Shown here piece by piece: positions 59,147 through 64,000 of a stretch of DNA of 64,000 nt (its first letter is position 1; each line of letters starts with the position of its first letter). Made by a program: the position numbers and the translations under genes. Origin of the DNA: Selaginella moellendorffii (lineage: Eukaryota; Plantae; Lycopodiophyta); contig NW_003314278.1 of assembly GCF_000143415.4 (NCBI RefSeq), forward strand, positions 574,371 through 638,370, read 5' to 3'. Under the pieces are notes generated by a model, which did no database searches, was not told the origin of the DNA, and saw only the letters and a list, made by a program, of their open reading frames with translations.

Positions 59147-61299
59147 TTAGAAGTTTTTGCTCACTTGCCGTCCTCTCAGATCTTGTGTGGGCCTCGCGTT
59201 GTACTCCTGTGTAGAGAAAATGTTGTTTAGAACTAGGAGAATGCTCGGTACAAGAATACCTGCATCGCGGTCTTGATGATGTTGAACTGATCATCAGAAG
59301 CTGGGACAACCTGCAAGGATGGAATTCAAAAAGGTTGTTTGGGTGTGAGAGAAAGAATAAACCTCTGTCATGACGGTCCAAATGACATTTTGTGTGCACG
59401 GAGGTGTTGTCAATGAGCCCCAGTAACGAAAGAAACTGGTTCCCAAGTTGAGGTTGTTTGTGTTGAGTTGAGTGGTAGGCTTCCACTTGATGATCTAGAG
59501 AGAGAGAGAGAGAGAGAGAGCATAGTGCTAAGTATGCATGAAAATGTCATTTGAGATGCTTACCTCATTGAGAAATGGATTGGTGACTTGACCCGAATCG
59601 TAGAGAACGGCAATGACAGCATACGCTCCCTGGTCTGATAGAAAAATCATCTGCATCTCCAGCTTGTACCTGTTCACAACAGTCGTGAGGTATTTCGCAT
59701 TTTGTTTCAAACCTTGTCGAATCGATCATGTGTTCGCTGGGCATATGAAAATGAATCTTGTAGAGCCTGAACTTTTGGGCAGCGATAATGAGATTGCCTC
59801 CTGGAAGAAGAAACTCTAGCTGAAGTAGAAACAGCGGTTAAACTCTAGCTAGCACTTAATGTCAAGCAAACCTGATAGATATAGCGACCCGACTTTAAGC
59901 TTCCCATGGGATATCCAAACACTTTCTCAAGAGTAAGAGACTTGTCAACCTGTGCGTTTGCACTCACCAGGTCAATAGGGGACTGCCGGTCGCCTGAGTT
60001 GCAGAGAAACCAATCCTTTGAAACTGCTCCCCAGTTCAGTGGCCCCTTTTTACCGTTTGTATAGTCATATACTGCACACAAAAGCCGCGCAGTTTTAGAA
60101 GATTGAAAGCAGCGGAAAATGCCAGCCAACCTGGAGCTTCTACAGTCATTGCGCCGATCAGTTCGTCATAATTTATCACATTCGGCTTGGACTTTTTCGA
60201 CGCACCCTTCGGCTTCATTGCTATGAGAATCACTGTCATGAGAAGTATCACAAAGCCAACACTGGAGCGAAACTACAAAGGCATAAATCTTCAGTACGAC
60301 AGGACCAAAAAGCATTGAAAATTACCTAGCACCGTAAAAGATGAGGCTGTTCTTGTCGGTCTTAAACGGGAGCTGGCTGAGCAAACTAGTAACAGTCGGA
60401 GCCACCTTCGTCTTAACACTCTCATACGCCACCTTCGTGTGATCCACGGCACTTTCCACCACGGCTCTGGCCTGATCATACGCTCTGACCACCGGTGGAG
60501 GCAACTTTTCTCGAACGGTCTGAAGAACACCCTCCACTGCCTCCCTGGTCTGATCCAAAACTTGGGTGGCTTTCCCATAAGCTTGGGTAGACTTCACAGT
60601 GTCCCAGGCGCCCTCCACTGCGTGCTTGGTGCGATCGTAAGCACTGTCCAATGCGTGCTTGGAGTGGTCGAGAGCGTCGCCCACCTTTATAGCATCCAGA
60701 GCGTGCTTTGTGTGGTCGTAAGCGTCGTGTAGAGCATCCCTCGCGTGGTCGTAAGCCTCGTGAACAGCTTGGCCTGCGTGGTCGTAAGCGTCGTGGATCC
60801 CAGACCAAGCATCATGATGCTGGGGCTGCTGTGGATCATGCTGTTGTGGATCATACTGCTGTGGATCATACTGCCCATGCTGCTGGGGATCATAATCCGC
60901 CTGGTAGTGCTGTGAATCATACTCGACATTGTGCTGCTGGGGATCATAGTACTGCTGCTGTGGATCATAGTGCTGCTGTGGATCATACTGCCCGTGAGGG
61001 TCATGAGCCTGGTCGAAATAAGCGTTGGGATCAAACCCTTGCTCCCGGAAATTCAGATCGTGCTCACCTCCTCCGCCGAGATGCTGCTGCTGCTGCTGCT
61101 CGTCGTAGGCTAGATGATGCGCGCTTGGATCAAAGCCCTCGATGTGTAGCGGATCGAGAGCCTCGACCTGCGGCTGCTGCTCCTGCCCGTAGTGATAGCC
61201 GCCGTGATCGCCATAGTAATGCTCGTAATCCTGGTGATACTCACCACTGGCATTGCCTTCCTCGTGGTGATCCCACAGCGCTGGATCTTGGTGCTCCAT
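59147..61299 (-). CDS. Membrane-anchored alpha-carbonic-anhydrase-like protein with long repetitive N-terminus (8 exons)
   Basis: Exon 1 (61299-60326) splices in phase to 60261, giving the TM segment LIFYGASVGFVILLMTVILIAM. Then YDYTNGKKGPLNWG...C..GDRQSPIDL, IHFHMPSEH, RYKLEMQM, RYWGSLTTPPCTQNVIWTV, NARPTQDLRGR, and a stop at 59149-59147. Confidence 0.82.
59497..59520 (+). repeat. (AG)n microsatellite forming the polypyrimidine tract of an intron in the CA-like gene
   Basis: Seen directly; abuts the minus-strand acceptor. Confidence 0.9.
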
Positions 61300-61584
61300 T
61301 CTCCTTGGAAATATTTTCTAGGGTTCTTAGCTAAACTGCTCCAACGAAATATTTAGTTTCGAAACTAGAATCTCCCGCCCAATAGATCCGTCGATGGTTC
61401 GATTCCCGGCCAGGATGGTTCTAAGACTGGAAGAGGAGCTGGGGATATAGCGCCAGGGCCCAGCCCTAGCGCCACGCTGGTTCTCCGATAGAGGTACTTT
61501 CCCTTGGCGCCTAGATTAGGGTATAGAGATCCGAGCTCCGCGCATCCAGAAGTCCTGGTCCGGCAGCACGGCAGCGCGGCGAAA

Positions 61585-64000
61585 ATGCCGTCGGCATTCA
61601 AATCCTCGCCCAGGCACCAGATCAACATCAAGGAGAATGGAGTGGCAGCGATCGAGGAGGCAGCGCTTTCCAGGCGCGGGTCGGGCGATTTCGGCTACGA
61701 CGAGGATGCTTTCACGCGGCTCAAGGTAGCGCAGGATTGCCTCATCGAGGATCTCGAGTGCAAGATCGTGGTTTCCAGCGTCGTAGGGCAATCCGTGCTG
61801 AGGGGTATTGTGAGAGCTCTCTCGGATGAGTCTCTGGCTCTACTGGCCGAGAAGAATGCGGAGATTGGTCGGCTGGAGAGCGAGAAGAGCCGGGCAGCGG
61901 AGGAGAGCTCGTCGAAGATGAAGAAGCTTGCGTCGGAGTTTCTGGAAAAGATGAAGGAGAACGAGATGAGTCTGCTGGAGAAGGAGCGGGATCTGTCCAA
62001 GATGGCGGAGAACTTGATAGACTTGACGTTCCGGTTGCAAGGGGAGAGCCTTAACAGTGTTGCTCTCGAGAAGAAGATCAAGGACATAGTTGCTAGGGAC
62101 TCCGGCAAGCAAAGGAGGATCAATGCTCTCAGCGAAGAGATCGAGGACTTGAAGCGGGAGAGGAGCTCAGAGGTTGAGATGCTCAGGAGTGAGATCAGGA
62201 TCAAGGCGGCCAGGCACAGAGAACAACTGGAGGAGGTGGCTGCGGAGAACGAGGCCCTGAGAGAAGAAAACTTGGAACTAGTGTCCACGATTTCGGCGCT
62301 GGAGAAGGTGAACGAGGAAGTTTGCCATTTGATCGAAGCTCAGAAGGAAAGCATGGAGGCAATGGAGGGTCTCCAGTCACGTCTCGAGGAAGAGAGAACG
62401 CAGCATGAACAGGAGATAAACATTCTTATGGATGTTTACGAGGGGCAAGTCGAGGACTTTTATAGTCACAGGAAGGTGGAACATGAAACGGAGATGGACA
62501 AGGCTTCTCTCGGCACAGACGAGTCTGTTAGTATACCGGGTAGCGGAGAAAACACGATGTCTCAGCAACAGGTGGTGGACGAAATGACGAAAATGGCGAT
62601 GCATGAACTAGAGAAGGAGATCATACTAGACTGCTTCACGGGCTTTTCTGAGGACATCAGGGACGCTGCGGACTTTGATCCGGGGAGGGCGCAAGGGACG
62701 GACATGGCTCGCCAGGGATCTTTGGAATTCCAAAAGTATGTTCGGTACTGCAAATCTCGAAGTCGAGCACGACTTCCCAGTACGACATATGTTCCTGAAG
62801 GGCTTATAGAACAACATCATCAGTACCAGATTGAATTGGACGTTCTTCTTGAATATTTTGTGAGGAAACTTCAGGAGCTTGCGAGCTCCGGTATTGGGAG
62901 GTCCGACTCGATTAGTACCGAAGATGTTGGAGGTCAAACCGTTTCGCAGGTTGCCGATCTTCAAAGAGAAAACGCAAAGCTACGAAGGGAAAAGGAACAG
63001 GTTTTGGTAGAGAAGACGGAGGAAATGTTCAGGTTGAAGCGGGATTTCTTCAAGGAGCTTGATAAACTGAAGCTGGAAGGCGGCCAGTACGAGTTTGGAA
63101 TCTTGAAGAAGCAATTTGCTGATAGCAGACAGAAGCTGGACAGGATTCTGGACAAAAGGCAAGGTGATTCTTGTCAACCATCCCCAAGCGCTTGCATCGA
63201 CGAGCACAGCGACACGGACAGTGTGTCGTCACGCAGTGAATCGTTTACGAATGACTACGGAAGATTCACGGAGGAGTTACCCGTTCTAGTTTCCGAGCTC
63301 CAAAATGATATTCAGCAGCTGATGCTGGACACTGGAATGGCCAAGCCAGATGACAGCACTCAAAGAACACAGTCAGATGTTCAGCACGACTTGAGTGTCT
63401 TGAGTATGGAATACGAATCTGCACTCAAAGCGCTAGAGGACGAGAAGCGTCAGAACTTCGCTTTCACGGTAGAACTTCAGGAGTTGGAACACAATATAAA
63501 TCTTTCGAACGGGGAGCTGGAAAGACTCTTGAAGCAAATAGAGATGGAGAAGCAAGCAAGGATGAACAAGGAAGGGGAGTTGCAGAACGTTAAGCAGGAC
63601 GCATGTCTGATCAAGCGGCAGTTAGACGTCGTGCTTGCTCAGCTAGAAACTGAAAGGGCTCACAAGACGCGCATAGGATCCGAGCTAGAACTTGCAACTC
63701 AACGGCTAGAATCACTACAGAAGGAGCTGAATGACGTGCTAAAAGTGAAGGCGGCAATAGCAGAAGATCACAAAAAACTACGTGGTGAAGTAAGCGCCCT
63801 TCATCGAGGAATTTTTGATACCCGCAACGATCTGCGACAATTCATCGAAAAAAATATGAAGACCGTAGCAGAGAATTTCGCGACTGTGGGACGAACACTT
63901 GAAGAAAATGATGCGAGGTTTGCCATTTCTATCTGTTACCACAGATTGACTTGCTGTGAAACGTGCAGAATCGCGAAGCTCAACAAGCGGATGGCGTCCT
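61585..64000 (+). CDS. WPP domain-associated protein (WAP)-like long coiled-coil protein, runs off the window
   Basis: Reading frame from ATG 61585, read at the start, at internal points and at the end; probably missing from the ORF track because it has no stop in the window. Motifs VSSVVGQSVLRGIVRALSDES...EKNAEI, EEMFRLKRDF and EFGILKKQF...KLDRIL resemble plant WAP. Probable in-frame 51-nt intron at 63918-63968. Confidence 0.75.
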   Translation, partial: MPSAFKSSPRHQINIKENGVAAIEEAALSRRGSGDFGYDEDAFTRLKVAQDCLIEDLECKIVVSSVVGQSVLRGIVRALSDESLALLAEKNAEIGRLESEKSRAAEESSSKMKKLASEFLEKMKENEMSLLEKERDLSKMAENLIDLTFRLQGESLNSVALEKKIKDIVARDSGKQRRINALSEEIEDLKRERSSEVEMLRSEIRIKAARHREQLEEVAAENEALREENLELVSTISALEKVNEEVCHLIEAQKESMEAMEGLQSRLEEERTQHEQEINILMDVYEGQVEDFYSHRKVEHETEMDKASLGTDESVSIPGSGENTMSQQQVVDEMTKMAMHELEKEIILDCFTGFSEDIRDAADFDPGRAQGTDMARQGSLEFQKYVRYCKSRSRARLPSTTYVPEGLIEQHHQYQIELDVLLEYFVRKLQELASSGIGRSDSISTEDVGGQTVSQVADLQRENAKLRREKEQVLVEKTEEMFRLKRDFFKELDKLKLEGGQYEFGILKKQFADSRQKLDRILDKRQGDSCQPSPSACIDEHSDTDSVSSRSESFTNDYGRFTEELPVLVSELQNDIQQLMLDTGMAKPDDSTQRTQSDVQHDLSVLSMEYESALKALEDEKRQNFAFTVELQELEHNINLSNGELERLLKQIEMEKQARMNKEGELQNVKQDACLIKRQLDVVLAQLETERAHKTRIGSELELATQRLESLQKELNDVLKVKAAIAEDHKKLRGEVSALHRGIFDTRNDLRQFIEKNMKTVAENFATVGRTLEENDARFAISICYHRLTCCETCRIAKLNKRMAS

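Noticed and set aside
61695-63232. Minus-strand ORFs at the right end
   Set aside because: Shadows of the plus-strand WAP-like coiled-coil frame.

Overview
Eukaryotic land-plant genomic DNA, not prokaryotic. The very short (~50-75 nt) GT-AG introns, tightly packed GC-rich genes and plant gene families suggest a lycophyte such as Selaginella (inference). Left part (1-43.6 kb): a decaying local segmental array with three direct copies and one inverted partial copy of one unit. The unit holds an unknown spliced minus-strand gene remnant, a peptide deformylase (PDF1B-like) pseudogene and an OBL-type class 3 lipase. Copies 1-2 also hold an AT-rich secreted bulb-lectin-domain gene, a tRNA-Ser fragment and CACTA-like remnants. 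The array is interrupted by a Ty3/gypsy element (1-2386) and an internally deleted Ty1/copia element (16549-20128). Middle (43.6-49.8 kb): AT-rich degenerate TE sequence. Right part (49.8-64 kb): gene-dense, with two P-class PPR genes only 20 bp apart, two intronless microbial-type Zn-dependent dehydrogenases from a tandem duplication with reciprocal gene loss, an RSRC2/SMAP-domain gene and the start of a WPP-domain-associated coiled-coil gene. It also contains an unusual 8-exon membrane-anchored alpha-carbonic-anhydrase-like gene with a long His/Gln/Asp/Tyr repeat N-terminus and a His-to-Gln change at the third zinc ligand, the most novel-looking item here. All calls were made by eye; no database searches were run.
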